Of a DNA stretch of 64,000 nucleotides, positions 41,701-56,700 are shown piece after piece. The translations under genes and the position numbers were made by a program. Each line of letters begins with the position of its first letter. Position 1 is the stretch's first letter. The stretch is from Antedon mediterranea (taxonomy: Eukaryota; Animalia; Echinodermata), in NCBI RefSeq assembly GCF_964355755.1, contig NC_092672.1, forward strand, positions 8,804,001 through 8,868,000, in the 5' to 3' direction. The notes below the pieces were generated by a model. That model was not told the origin of the DNA. It saw nothing but the letters and a program-made list of their open reading frames with translations, and made no database searches.

Positions 41701-44700
41701 TTTTATGTTGCGCTTATACAAAACAATTGGGTTAACAGTATATCATATGTACTAAGATAAATAGATTTCATGTTAATATCCATGAAATACATTGCCTTGT
41801 TAAGGACACTGATAACTCACAAAGTAGAAGTCATGCCATTACTTAACACGTTGAATAGTGTCACTGATGAATACCTGAAATACAATCCCAAAAATGTTCC
41901 CGGTTCTCTATTGTATTCAGTACTTAACAGGTTAAAGAATTTCGTAATAAAAACAGTTGTGAATTGTCCTCAAAGCTACAAATGTGGCTACTGTTAAGTC
42001 TAAAGAACAAGGTATAATAATACTTTATTCTTTAGACATAATAGTGGCCACATTTGTGACTTTGAACACAATACACAACTGTTTGTATAACGAACGCAAT
42101 TTTTATAACCGTTTAGTTAAATCACGAACATTCATTGCGCAAAAATGAAAAGGCTTAATGCACATTTGATGGTAAGAAGATTAATAATGGGTGTGACATG
42201 CCGTACTGGAATAACCGGCTTAAAAATAAGATATACGTTAAAACAACACAAAGTCCGTAACATTACAGTTTATCTAATACATTTTCAGTTTAATGAAGTT
42301 CAACTCAACCTAATTGGATAAACTAGCACACATAACACACGTGACCTGCGTACATTAAGTTTACTTGTATCAATCGAGTCGCAATTACCATGTCATCAGT
42401 TGTAATTCTGCCCACGGTAAAACGAGTGATGTACGAGTATTTTATGCCTCCCCCGTTTATATGAGTTCAATGTATTATCTTTCTTCAATTTGATGTATTT
42501 TAATGCAAAAATAAGTTTCCGTGCCATTACACGACTCCTTAGACCTGTGTTTGGTTGCTCAACACTGCACTGGTATGTACAAAAGTGACTGTATAGGGCA
42601 GTGTAATAACTATCTAAAAATGATTCAGCAAACAAACACATTTTACCCATTTATTACTAACATACCACAAGGGGCGATAAAGGTAGGGGCGTGAGTGAGT
42701 ATAAATACATACCTGAGATTTCCTTTGTTAGTTCCGTAACTTATGTGATTACAAATTGCCTGAAACATTTCACGTGCTGTAAAGATGTTTCGTGCATCAA
42801 ACACCTGTAAGACAAAACCAAATAGGCAAATTACACTGCATATCACCAGTCCTGTTATAGCAGTAAATACCATTAACTCAGTACGAATACTTTTTTTATA
42901 CGAACTATCAAGTCATGAACTTCAATTTGGTTCTTTTAAAGTATTATAGTCTTGAACAGAAAGTCTGGTAAATGCCTTTAGTCTAACTACCCAGTATACA
43001 TTAAAGGTTGTTTCATTTAGCTGAGACAAGTCGTACCTGCTTGGGACGATCTTTTCAAAACACTGACACATCTGCACTATTTATGAGAAAGTGACGAAAT
43101 TTGGATGCTGAGTTTAGACTACTAAAACCACACAACATACACTTACATTTTCAAATTAATTTATACATTTTGAAAGATTCCATAAGACTGTTTGTGGTTG
43201 TTCTTTTAAAAAATAGTTTACCTTTTGACTGAGTGAATAATACAAAAGAAAGGCAATTAAGATTTATAACGCCTATATATAAAGTCATGTGATTTGTTAT
43301 GAATCATTGTTATAAGATAAACGTTAATGGATATTAGTGACGTCATGAAAATGGATGGATGGATGGATGGATGAAAAATACAAATATTAAATTCAGAATA
43401 CCCCTCCCCCACCCCACATAAATGAGGTTTTAATGATAAAAGAAAAGTGAATTTGTCGCCTAATACTATTTGACGCCCTCTTTGATTTCACACATTATAA
43501 TGTACAAGACATCGACACAAATAACGTACAAAGATGTACTGATACTTTTGCTCAGTTATTGCCTCTAGGCTAAACATGATTAAGGTAACAGAATTTAGGG
43601 CATTTGTGTGTTACATTTTAAAAATCTAACAACAATCAGGTACAAATGACGTCATTGGCACTATAATTATAGCAAAGAAGTTTATCTCCGTTTACAGATT
43701 TGTTATTGTAGGACTATTAACAAATTCATGAGTCGAAATGAATGTAACATTTACGATTCTTTTGAATATTACTGTAGATATAATACAGTAATTATCCCCT
43801 AACTTGTCTGGAATAATAACGATTTCGAATCATTTAACAAACAAGAAAAATGACAGCATTTTCTTAAATCTTTGATTATTAAAAATATGGAAAGTGTTAA
43901 AATCATCTTTACTATTTAAATTATTAAATACTATTTTACAATTTATAAACTTTTCTGTAAAACACTATTTACAGATCAAATATATAATTGTTATCGTTTT
44001 TTTATAAAATTTAAATTTAAAGTATTCAGAAACATTTTTAAGTTAAGAAACTACTTAGACCGAGTGATTTTAATGTTCCACAAAGAAAGGAGTAAAGACC
44101 ATTAGGCTAAAGACGCTTAAACATTGAGAATAATCAGTGTATAAACGTGACAATAGCGCCCCCAGCGGTTTATTATGATTCTATACGCAATGAAAATGGT
44201 ATCTACCCGGGGTCCATGAAACCAACTTATCCGGGTGAATAACTAAACCTATATAATTATTGCTAAATACCTATATCATACCTATACAAAATTATTCGTG
44301 AATCTTAATGCTGCCTCTAACAACCACAGTGCTTACCAAACGCAATATTGTTGTATTATTATCCATCGTTATTTCAACTTTTATGAACAAAATTCTCAGC
44401 ATTTATTTGGAAATGTGACATATTTTACATAATCTTCATAGATATCTCTTATCAAACGTTTGTAATTTAAAATCATCTTTAAGATGGAATATCGCGAACA
44501 GACATGATTAAGGTTGAGTTTTAGTCGTTCCTTGAACCAATATTATGATCGTAAAATTCCTATCCCATTACTTAAAAATGATTTGTACTAGCCTCCTATT
44601 GGTCATATGAGCAATGTTATGAATACAGTTGGTTCAAGCCGTCAAACTAACAAAATACCATATTCAATGTCTGATAAAACGTTTTTATTCCTCGTTTAAT

Positions 44701-47700
44701 TTACTGTATCTAGAAAAGAAGAATTATGATTACATGTTTAGTCCGGTTTCGACTGATGTTGAAAACACGTAAAGTTAATCTTTCCTTTAAAGAATCGAAC
44801 GAGATTTTTTTGTTATTTTTTCCTGATTGAATAAGTATGCTTTCACAAAACTAATGCATTGTTGTATATATATTATTATAAAGATCGAATGTTGCGTACG
44901 GTTTTGTTGTGTTTAAGAAAATAGAGTAAATTAAATTGTTACTTTAATAGTGTGCATGTACTATGGACGAATGATTACCATTCCCCTTGAAGAAAAAGAA
45001 AAACAAATCTAGAAACACATGATGATGTAGTTGGATGGCTATTAATAGTTACTGTGCATGCAGATTTTTTTCCAAAACTATACACTGTAAAAATAGTGTT
45101 TAGATCTTAAACATGTATTTTGTACCCACTTTTTCCACACATTTAGCCTTAAACATGTTTAGATGTGAAACATGTTTAGGTTCTAAACACATTCTAAACA
45201 TGTAGTCTGTACCCAACTCAACACATCAGTGACGTATTGATTGTTAAACATGTGGAGCAATATGAAGACAAGTTTAGGTTTTAAACGTGTTTAATTTGCC
45301 GTGTGTGGAGCTCATATGTGGAGCTTTTTTCCGCCACAGTAAAATCGTATGCACGCAACGCTAAACACATACCTAAACATTTTGACTGCTAAACATGTGG
45401 AGTAATTGAACATAATATTGACATTAGTCAAGTAGAGGAAAACAACATGTAGCTATAAACACGTTAGCTTTTAAACACGCTAAACATGTAACTCGTGTCT
45501 AAAAGCTAAACGTGTGTAAAAGGTGGGTACAAAATAGGTGTTTAAGATCTAAACACTATTTTTACAATTAATCGTATGATAAATTGGACGTTACATTTTA
45601 TTAGGTGGTCTCTCCATTTGAACGAGTGTGTCACTCTAAGTAGGCATAGAAAAAGACACACTCTTCCCTGATAGGCCTAAACAAATTGTTTTTTCTTGCA
45701 GAATTTTACCGACTTGCGTGCTTCAAGATAGACCTACAAGATATGTTATTGTCACTTCAAAAGTATTTTCTTGATGCTAAAGAGACCTACAAAAGTTTTA
45801 AAAAAAAACAGCGAAAAAATAAAATTTTTTAGATGGCGCCGCAATTTTGACATTTTTCATCACCTAAGTTGCTAAAATAGTGCATTAGCAAAAAAATGAT
45901 TCATGTGTTATTAACCAATAATGTTTTGACGAATTAATCAGAGTGATATGCTTGGGAGTCCACTCCGTAGATCTGAACGGATAAAGAATCATGTGGATTT
46001 GGAAGTTCCCTGTAAGCCATTCAAGAGACAAGAAACTGAACCTTAATTACACTAATAAAAGCAGCGGTCATCTATTTGGAAACAAACTATTGTTATGCAT
46101 TATGGTATCAATAATGCGTTTCAGAATTAATTACAATGATGTGTTTGTGTGTATGTTAGGCCTAATGTGTGATAAACTTTACATAACAGAAACATGTAGC
46201 GACACTAACTTTTAGTTCAACAAACCCTTTTTAGGTATTAAGCAGTCATTGCCTTATGCGCTTATTATGCTAGAAAGTTACCATTCTGCAGATAATGTTA
46301 AATGATCTGCTATAAGCCCGGGTACATCCAAGACTTAACAAGTCTAGTCTAGAGTAATTAGTCTGAAGAATTACCAATACATTAACAATCGTATCAAATT
46401 TCTGACTCAATTATAATGACTACACAGTTCAGAAGGAATGTTTAATTTGAATTTGTTAGTTCATTCATACATTTATCCAATCATTGTAAGGATAATAAAT
46501 AACAGTACCATAACAAACAAAATATCTTGATCTTGGGAGCCGAGCAGTAATACTGATGGCGCACAATTGGATTTCGGGGAGCCGAGCAGTAATATTGATG
46601 GCGCACGATTGAATTTCGATCGTGCATTATCTACCGAGTCGAACAGAATTTTTAAAATTTTTATAAAAAGGCATAAGCGTGGATTTAGCTTCAATCGTAA
46701 GAGTGAAGGAAGATAGGCCTAATGCACGAAAGTTAATATCAATCGAAAAATAAAAATAATCCTGTGAAAAAAAGTAATGTTTTCTCCTAGACTAAACTAA
46801 TATAAGTAGATGTACTTTTCTATAAAAAAAAAACCCTAAAGAACTAAATAATAATTTGTATTATGACATTTTATGTTGTTTTTTTTTTTTTGAAAATCAA
46901 AATACAAGAAAAAGTAGGTCGCTTTATGTTTGATTAAAAAATTATGTTTATATTTATAATTATAGTGCACATTACTACCACAACTATATTAAAAACAGAT
47001 GCACACAGCTCATTGTACTTTACTTTTCTTAGTGTACAGTACTAATAAATTAAGCCTATATATTATTTTTTTAGGTATCATTTATTGAATGCAATATTGT
47101 ATATAAACTGTCTTTATTATGACTTAAATCTTGAAACATAATTGAAACGTTCAGTTTCAAAGATATTAGGTTCAATTATTGGAAACGCCAGGAGGGACTG
47201 CGGTAAGGTTTTCCATTAAAAGTCTACGAAAACGACTTCAAAGATGGCAGTTTACTGTCGCAATGTAGGTTAAAGACTTCGGTAGCTTATCTGCATAACG
47301 CAAATCGTATGAGAAAATGGGGTCTAGAAATAACAATTTAGCTTGTACTTAAAGACATCTAATTTCTGAATATAGGCCTAACTCTGATGTCTACAGAAAT
47401 AATTGGTATATTAGGCCGTGACATACTTCATTCAATCTTGCTATCGCTCACTTATTGTCAAAGGTTACATGTAATGTAAATATATTTTGTATTCGATAAT
47501 TTATTTGTTTATTTCTTTCTCACACATTACTCCATCATATACGCGTGCATTTAACGTTTTTAGATATTTTTCTGATGAAACGCGTCCATTTGTGTGTAAG
47601 TGTTATATCTTGCGATCTCTAATCGCCATATATATATTATTATTAAGTCATAATATTCCTAAGTCTATGTGTTGTCAATCTTTTTCAAAAGCGATGTCCA

Positions 47701-50700
47701 GCAATAGAAATGTATGTATGAAAAGTAATAATCGCAAAAACTACGGTAATAGTGCCTTTTGCTTCATACATTTGCGTGTATGTTTTGTATTATCGGATGC
47801 TCTACTAAGCTGCTGAAAAGAAATCTGGTTGTACTATATCGTGCAAGATCTATCGATGCGGATGATTCCGATAAAACCTATTAGACATTGATTGAAGTTT
47901 ACTTTTATAGGTTTTGTTAATTCTCTATTCTAAGAATGAAAAAGCCCAATAATTCACTTCAAAATTAATATTAATTGCTAGCGATCAAAATATTATCGAA
48001 ATAAGCTTTCACAATTAAAATTATCCTTTTTATATTTATTAGAGTGGCTTCAATCAACAAGCTCTCTTTTGAGATATTGTTTTTTTAATTATGATATAGC
48101 CGAGAGTGAGAATTTTTACCGAATGGAGATTCGTATAACTCGAAAATGGACGACCGTGTAATGGGTCACCCATTCGTTTGTGCGCAATAATAAAAAGTGT
48201 GCAACTAATTCAATTTTTAAAATGTCATCGTGCGCATTTTTGTTCACGTAAACAATGTAGAGAAGTTTTATTTTCATTTTGTCAATATTTAATATTATCC
48301 ATATTAGGATACACTTTCATTGTTTGTAAGTATCCGGCTTGTCGCCACATGGTCTATTAACACACATCTATCCCGCTATAAGATGTTAGAATTATCCTTC
48401 AGAAGCTTAAACTATGGCATTATTATCTTTACGAATTCTATATTGCTATTGTTAAACACTCAGCTATCTAGTAATCACGACCATGGTGGAAATCATGCTT
48501 TGCTGTTATGATACCATCTTTGGATGTAAGTACAGTACTACCATTAGTACATAATAACACCATAAAAAAATACCAACAAAATGGAAACAATTGATCAATA
48601 GCCTCCTACGTGCAGGTTGCGTATAATTATCCAAGATTATATAAGAAAACCGGCTTCGGCTATACATCTTTATGATCAATACGGATATCGATTTGCGATG
48701 ACGTACAGTAGGACCATTACATTAGTTACGTCATGTTAATTCATTGTGTGAACGTATGGCATTTGGATGCGTTGCCTCATCCTATTCCTTGACATATTTT
48801 TGGCGTATGTAACGTGCATACACACAGAGTGCGTAACGACCTACACAAATCGAAAGCTTCCCAAAAAGTAGTACAAGTGTATCTCTATTACCATGATACA
48901 ACAAGACTACTACAAGACACTAACTGACTTTCAATATTCAGTAAGATAGTAACTAATGACAGCTACAGTAGTAATGGGTGGTTAAGCACGATTCATTATT
49001 TTTTGCGAATTACATTTTTTATGTTTTTTTGGATACAAATTCCACGACAATCGCGTAGGTCGTCAAATTAACTAATCTATATTGTTCAATTCTCTGTTGG
49101 TATAATAAATAAAACGGTTAAAATTCCCTGATGTAAGTAACCATTAGTGATTCATTGTTAATTACCAATGACCAATGAATCCACTAAACAACGGTAGGGT
49201 CTAGGCCGTCACTTAATATTTACCTGCAGTTTTGTCCACTGAATTCTACCAATGCATCTAGGTGCATTTCTCCAGGCTGTCTTGGCTCCAAGCATAAGCT
49301 CTGTTTCGGTGAGATTGTAGGTTCCAGTTTTCTCAATACTTGTCTGCACTTCGGTTAATCGTTTCTTGTGAGCTGGCGTTCCATTCCTGTAAGACAAACA
49401 TAATAAGGTACCAATATATTATATATATTTAGAATAATTTAATCACATTATTAATAATCATTCCCGATATTTCTCCCAACTATTCCTTTAAATAATCTGA
49501 AATCAATTTAAATACATGGTTAAAATAGCATTAGTGCTATATCTCTAATACTACACTATTTGCATCATAGTATCTTAAGTATCGTAAGTGACATGTTAAA
49601 TCTCAACTTCGTTTTTATTAACACGTTAACTTGATATTAAATAACCATTACCTTTTAATGTGTGTATAGTATTGGTTGATAAAATCGGTGGCGTGGCTGA
49701 GAACCTCCGATTGTGGTCGCAGAGTTCCAATTGGTCGCTTGGCAGGGGGAAACATCACAGATCCCCAACATTGTTTTTCAGTGCAATGAACCGTCTTAAA
49801 AAGAAAACAAAACACGATATATTTAATCCAAACATCTCATATATTGTGTTACTTTCTGAAAATCTAACAGATATAAATTTCTACAAGAGACTGGATTGAT
49901 GTGACTGTTAAAAACTCATAATAAAATAGCAGGAAAGTGATAGAACAACACGTATATTGAAAAATAAGTCACACTTTGTTGTATTTTGTTTCGTTTGGCG
50001 TCTCATATACGAGCAGCACAATATATAACCAAACGTAATTAAGACTTTATATGTCTATGTTTGATTACAAACAACATAGGACGTAGTTGTATTTTCACCT
50101 TTAATTTTATTTCTCACAATGTTTTATAAATTATTATACGTGATTTAATCAAAATGTTATTTTGACACAAATCATCTTTCTTAAATTAGATATATAATCA
50201 GAACGTGAATCCACATTTAAAAAAATGATGTCCATCTTATGTATTATTTATATTGTACACACATTCTAATTAAAAGTCCCTGTAATGTAAATGTTTATAT
50301 TGCTGAATAAATGTGAATGTGAAAATAAATGTGAAAAGTTACTGAAGAAAGGTAGTTTCCAGAGCTACGGATTTCGACACACTTGCATAAAACGCCCATA
50401 TTTGTAATACAAACTGTCTTCATTGCCCAACAAGAAAATGGAATTTACATTGCCCATGACTGAAAGAAAGATATTTTAAATACTCTCTCATCCCAGCTGA
50501 GCAGAATGAAGAATTGTAACTATGCTCATTATACAACTTCCGACAATTGGCACAATGACTTTTTTTCTGAGAAGCCTTTCTAAGTTGTTAAGCAACTGAA
50601 CACATAAACGAAGTACCAAACCTCGCTCTACCATTACCCTCTCAATACTGCCTTATCCTCTTTCATATTTCCCGCCCACTCAAATACAAATATCCCACCT

Positions 50701-53700
50701 CCCAAAACAGATTGCGCCAATTAAGTTGTTTTTATGGCTAACAAAGAACAAACATTTAAAATGTGTAGTAATAAAACACAGGGATATAAATACACACGGC
50801 TTTCGGTATGTCAAGAGGTTCTTTGATGTTACTCAGCAGACTATTTACGTTGTTGTTACCTTCTTCAGTATTTGCAGACAATATTAATTACCGCCAACAT
50901 CGTATACTTCTAGTATGCAATATTGATTTAAGTAATATGGGCCTACGCGCAACTTGTAGATTTCACAGGATGTTGAAAGTATTATTAATGTAGCCTATTT
51001 CGAGAAATGTGCGACGTCTCAAACGTCAATTACTAGCGGTGACAAAGTCATGTTCTCAGACATGTTTATTAGATTTATACAGAATTTAACGATACAAATG
51101 TAATAAAGTAACTTAGTAGATGGTAACCAGGAGAATATGATTTAAAAACTACATAGATACTAAACGTTTTTGGGTGGACAATACATCTTTAGTAAGTTTT
51201 TTCCTCACTCCTGAGGATTATTAAAGTATTAAGCCTATACTGATGATCGAAACGTCGAGAAACTTAATAATTCTTCTCAGAACTATATGTACGTGGTGTA
51301 CCGCAAATTATTTTTGAGCTGCTTGAAAATATACATATACGATATTATATATACTGTTGTTTGGATAAAATAATTTGCCATCTAAACAAATTTATATTAA
51401 CTATTATAAACTTTTCGCAAGAGAGTTTATTTTTAAAAGAAACAACGGTTTTATACAATTTAATGTTCTCCCGTAAGGAAAGAAATATTGTTAAAACACG
51501 TCATTGTTTAACTAACTCGAAGGTGAACATTACATGTTTCAGACTTAATCAAATTACTCAAATATACCACGCCACGAGTTTATATAGATTTATTTTCTTT
51601 ATCTCCTCCTGTAAATTATTATTGCCGAGATTAATTCACAAACGAAACAGTAAATCAAAATTCGCCAATCAAATGCCTGAGAAATCAAAGCTACGTGCAA
51701 CATTAGTGGACATGACGTCCTCGGAGATACGCTCTGTCCATAGAGAGTCTATATCTAGCATTTTGTATGTAAATGTTATGTATATATCCTAATACAAATG
51801 AATACAAAATACACCCTGGACTCTATGTATCGAAAGTAATTGAAACGTTGTATCCCTTAAAGTATAATTTACATCAAATCAATTAATGTTGTTATTATTG
51901 AGATAAATTTTGTCTTAGTAGTTTATCGTTAAACGTATGGAAATCTACTTATTTCATTTCTAAGATAAATAAATGCATAAACTGAAAGTTAGTAGATGAA
52001 TTATTTAAACTTTATGTCGGAAGAGCGCCGCCAACGATTCAAGAAGAGTTACAAAGATCTTGTATTTTTGAAAGACTTTTCAATCTTATTTTGTTCTTTT
52101 ATATAAATACATTTTTAATTATATTTCAAGTTCACAGAGCAAAAACATGTATCTTAGTATCTTACAGAAGGAGATAGCATTTTCTGTGCTTTGAGACAAT
52201 TCACAAGTTGCACATAAAATAATGAAACAAAATAAGAAACGTGATTTTCAAACGACATAATTGTTTTTAAACCAAATTAATCAAATTAATTTCTTATAAA
52301 TGTATTACACATATCAACGTTATCACTTAAAGTAGAGCCCCATCTTTTCTATAAAACGCAATGATGGACAATAATATTATTTTAACACTACGCCCCTATT
52401 CAGTGTACTCCTTCGGTCTCTAAAAATTGTTTATGGAAATGAAATACCAACACAATACGTAAAATATTTAAGCTTATTGCTTTACCAGAGTTTTGTAATG
52501 TTTTTCTTTGTAAAAACCAATAAAGGTTTTTGTTTTAATGATATTCACACAATTATAGCATGGTAAAAGAGATTTCCGTGTTCCTAATTTTCTTTAAATT
52601 TCGTAAAACCCGAAATTCGCTGGAAAATGAAGTAGTAATGATATTCACACAATTATAGCATGGTAAAGGAGATTTCCGTGTTCCTAATTTTATTTAAATT
52701 TCGTAAAACCCGAAATTTGCTGGAAAATGAAGTAGTTTTGCATCGTTTATGTTTATGAAAACTAATGTTTACTAGAACGTAACGCAAGGACGTAAACGCA
52801 ACGCAAGCGTTTTAACCAATGACAAGCGAAGTTATAGACAGTTAGCAATCACAAGCGAATAAGCCATCGCTTGTGATTGGTCAATTCACGTTGCGTTACG
52901 TCCTTGTGTTGCGTCGCTAGTGGGAACCACGCTTTAAGCCTGTTTTCCTGTCGACGTTAGTCGACGCTATCATCGTTAATCGTTAAAAGTTCAAAGACAA
53001 TCGTTTGAAAACGATCAAGTTGAAATGTTAACGATAGCGCGAACATTTGATTTCTAGCGTTGAACGTTAGAGTTGAAACTCCGGTCTTCTTTCTCGACAT
53101 CGTCGTAACGTGCAAACATGAATAGAGGACTCCCCTGCCTCTAGCAGTAGGCTCACAGTGTAGGACACGTGGGCCTAGGCATACTAATATCTCTATACTA
53201 AATAGCATTTTGGACTAGGCTAAAGACTTTGACCTACTTAATATCCCCGCGCCTACTTTCCGGAACATCATTTTATAGTAACTTTGGGAAGGCTAGGCCT
53301 AGCTTTGACCGCGCCGCGATGCAACAAAAATAAATGTAGTCGGCAGAATTTGCCATCAATTATGTGACGTCATGTGCTGTATCGCCATGATGATTGGTCA
53401 GTTCTTACGTTTTAGCGTTGCGATATCGCTAGAGTTGAACTGGATTCAACTCTTGCGATTGTCAACGATCGCGACTTGCAGCGTCGATTACCGTCGATTA
53501 TTACACCTTTTCCTGTAAATCGCCGACATTTTGTATTGCCGTCGTTAGTTTAAAAAGTCCCTTTTCCTGTAAATCGTTAAAATTTCTATGTTAACGTTGA
53601 AAATCGCCGATTTTTGTTAACGATAGCGTCGAATAACGTCGACAGGAAAACAGGCTTTAAGGACGTAACGCAAGGACGCAACAAACGTAAGTGGATTGAC

Positions 53701-56700
53701 CAATCACAAGCGATGAAATATTCGAACTGCTTACCGCTTGTCATTGGTGAACACGCTTGCGTGGCGTTTACGCTTAAGCAGAGCATTCGCTACCGTACGT
53801 GAAAAACAAGCCTTGTAATTATATGTTATTACTTAATAAGAGTAATTATAGTAATTTATATAATAATTTATCATTAACGTATTACAATAGTGACCCTTTC
53901 CACTCTTCCACTCTGCGTATAATTTACTGAATGTCTCAAACAACACGCAACTAAAATTAAATACATTGTATTGTTTACTATAGTAAAATCAAGGGTGAGG
54001 ATGTTGAACGTAAATCATGCGTTAAGATAAAAACAAGTTAAAGATCAATAATTGTATCAAAAATAATATAACTAGTACGATAACGTGCAGAAGCATATAA
54101 CAAATAAGAACATTATACGATCAATGTCAAATTTACTGTTGAAAGCTGTTTGTACATAATCTTAATAAAAAGATCAATAATAACAATCGGTGTTTTGTTA
54201 ACGAAATACGTAAAATGAGTTCATTAGGAAAAGAGGGGGAAATTCAACAATCAAAAGTCATTTAATTGCGGCGCTCGCTGTTGTTCGCGACGGTTTTCGT
54301 TGCGAAATAAACTGTCTTAAACCGTTCATTACCGATCTATCTTCCGGTAGTTATTGTCTGGTAAAATTCAATAAGTAAAAAACATTACTCGCTCTACTAC
54401 TTATAAATTGTAACAACGATAAAAGATGAAATGTATTAACGCTAAGTTAAAATCAAACGGTGCGACATTATGACCCCGTGGGGATTCAATGTTTGTGACG
54501 TCACATATACACCTGCGAACACGGAATCCACAATGGAACATTGAGGAGATAAATGGAACATAACGAATGCAAGTGTACGATACTAATGTATCGAGTGGTT
54601 TCCTAAATGGATATTGGTAATGGAGATTGAACTTGCTCCTCACAGATAAAATGCCATCATCAATTACGTAACGAGGCAAATAAGTCACTCATCCATTTCA
54701 CTTAAATAAAATAAAGTTCAGGAATTATAGGCTATAGCTTCGACTGTAGTGGTGCGTGCTAAAAACAATACGACCATAAGACATAAACAGATAATGGTCG
54801 CGTCCGAGTTCAACATGTTTATACTGGCCATTTTAGATACTAGCTGATTCTAGTTCTACATATCTATAAATAACTTGTCCAGATGAAGCAATTACATTTT
54901 ATCCCAATAAGTATGTCACAGTGATGATGACTGTGATAATGATATTGACAATTATTACGTCATGTATGATACTTTTATTTGATTATCAATCAATTAATCC
55001 TTATTTAACCATTTAAAAAAAAACCACATTGAGACATTAAAAGAAAGACGCTTAGGGGCCTAAATAGTCAGGTTCCTCATGTATGAAAATAGGGGTTCCG
55101 TAGGATTTTAATGCCCAAAGTGAGATTTCACTTGATTTTACTTTATTATGGTGCTAGGATACCAAAAATGCTAGGTAACAAATTTTCACGATCCCGTAAC
55201 CATGGTAACAGCCCCAAATTCAAAATGGCGACCAAATGGCCATATCTCCATAACCCTTTGGTCTATTGACAAGATATTAGTATCAAAATACTCGGAATAT
55301 ATATATATTTATATTCGTTGTAATAGAACATTTTTACTAAATGCAACCGGAAATACTTTTTTCTGTACTATTGACCCTTGACCTTGACTCGTACTGTATC
55401 TTAAAAACGGCTGGTCATAGAAATTTAAAAATGGTCTCAAATTGCTCAGACCTTATATATTTATATTTTTTGTAATGCAATAATTTGTTAAAAAATGTCC
55501 GGAAGCAAAGTTATTGACCTTTGACATAGAGAATAGCTTACAAGGATTTGTATTCCGTAGTCTCTGGTCATATCTTCATAACCCTTTGGTCTATTAAAAA
55601 GAAAGCTTTAAATGAAGTTGGAGAAAATTTAATTTCAGTTGATAGGTTATTCCATATTTTAGTGACTGTAACTTTGAACGACGAGTTCATCTTTCTAATG
55701 GTATAGTAGGGTGGGTATATTCAGGCGTTTGACTCTCAGTGTTAAGCTCAACTTAGTTTGATAATCATACTTTATTTATTTAAATAAATAAATAAAAATA
55801 CCTCATATTATCTCATACTCTTTGTAATAGAAGCATACAATGACAACATAAAAGTTTTTTTTTTATATATTTAATATAAAAAAATAGACTCAATGATGTA
55901 TTTGACCGATATTGATCTTTGGTATTTGATTGCATGTGTATATTATTAAGTACTGTATTATGTTATACCTGTTATTTTTCAGAATGTCCAATTCTAATAT
56001 TAGGCCTAATAGCGCGTGGTTGTCATCTAAAATTGGTACTATATGATGAGCTAGTTCTAACGTGTGTATGGGTTTAGATGTTTCAAGTAATGTAATGATA
56101 TTTTACAATCGTTTATGTTGTTTCACACGAAGAACTATTTTTCAACGCGCCACTTGCCTACGCTGCTGAAAATAAATGAAAACAAAACTAAGAATTATGC
56201 GTAGGACTTATATAAAGCGTTTTTTAAACAAACTTAAAGCACAAATTCAACATACCTTTTAAGTGTGTTTAAAAACATTTATATTTTAAACCATATGGAC
56301 CTTCATTCGAATTATGCATATTATGTTAATATGTTTCTGAGCATGCGCAGAATGGAACAACGTACGCATTCTGGTGAGTTTGTTACAACAGCCGATTTGT
56401 CAGAGAACTGGAGGCCGAACCGAATGCTATAATCTTTGTCATTAACTTACCGAAGAGACGTGGTCTAAGTGTCGGCTAATCAACTGTACGGTTTTGTCTA
56501 AATCGTCTAAATACTCCCTTTACACTGTAACGACCCAAAAGGCTTTGCTCAATTAAACGTTCTTGGAGCATAATACTTTTGAATGACTTGTGTCAGTTTG
56601 CGTAATAATCTTTGAGGAGGCTTTTCTGTGACGTATGACTTAGCGCTTTTAAAAAAACAAAACATCGAAAATCTTACTACAATAAAATAGGCATAATCTC

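Noticed and set aside
50790-50875. Minus-strand hammerhead-like core CTGAAGA-AGGTA...TACC-GAAA
   Set aside because: Loop II is about 50 nt, there is no valid NUH cleavage triplet before stem I, and stem III is absent.
51361-51792. 143-aa + strand ORF and other 60-110 aa intronic ORFs (e.g. 9657-9902, 47487-47816)
   Set aside because: No recognisable motifs, often non-ATG starts, and composition typical of AT-rich non-coding DNA.
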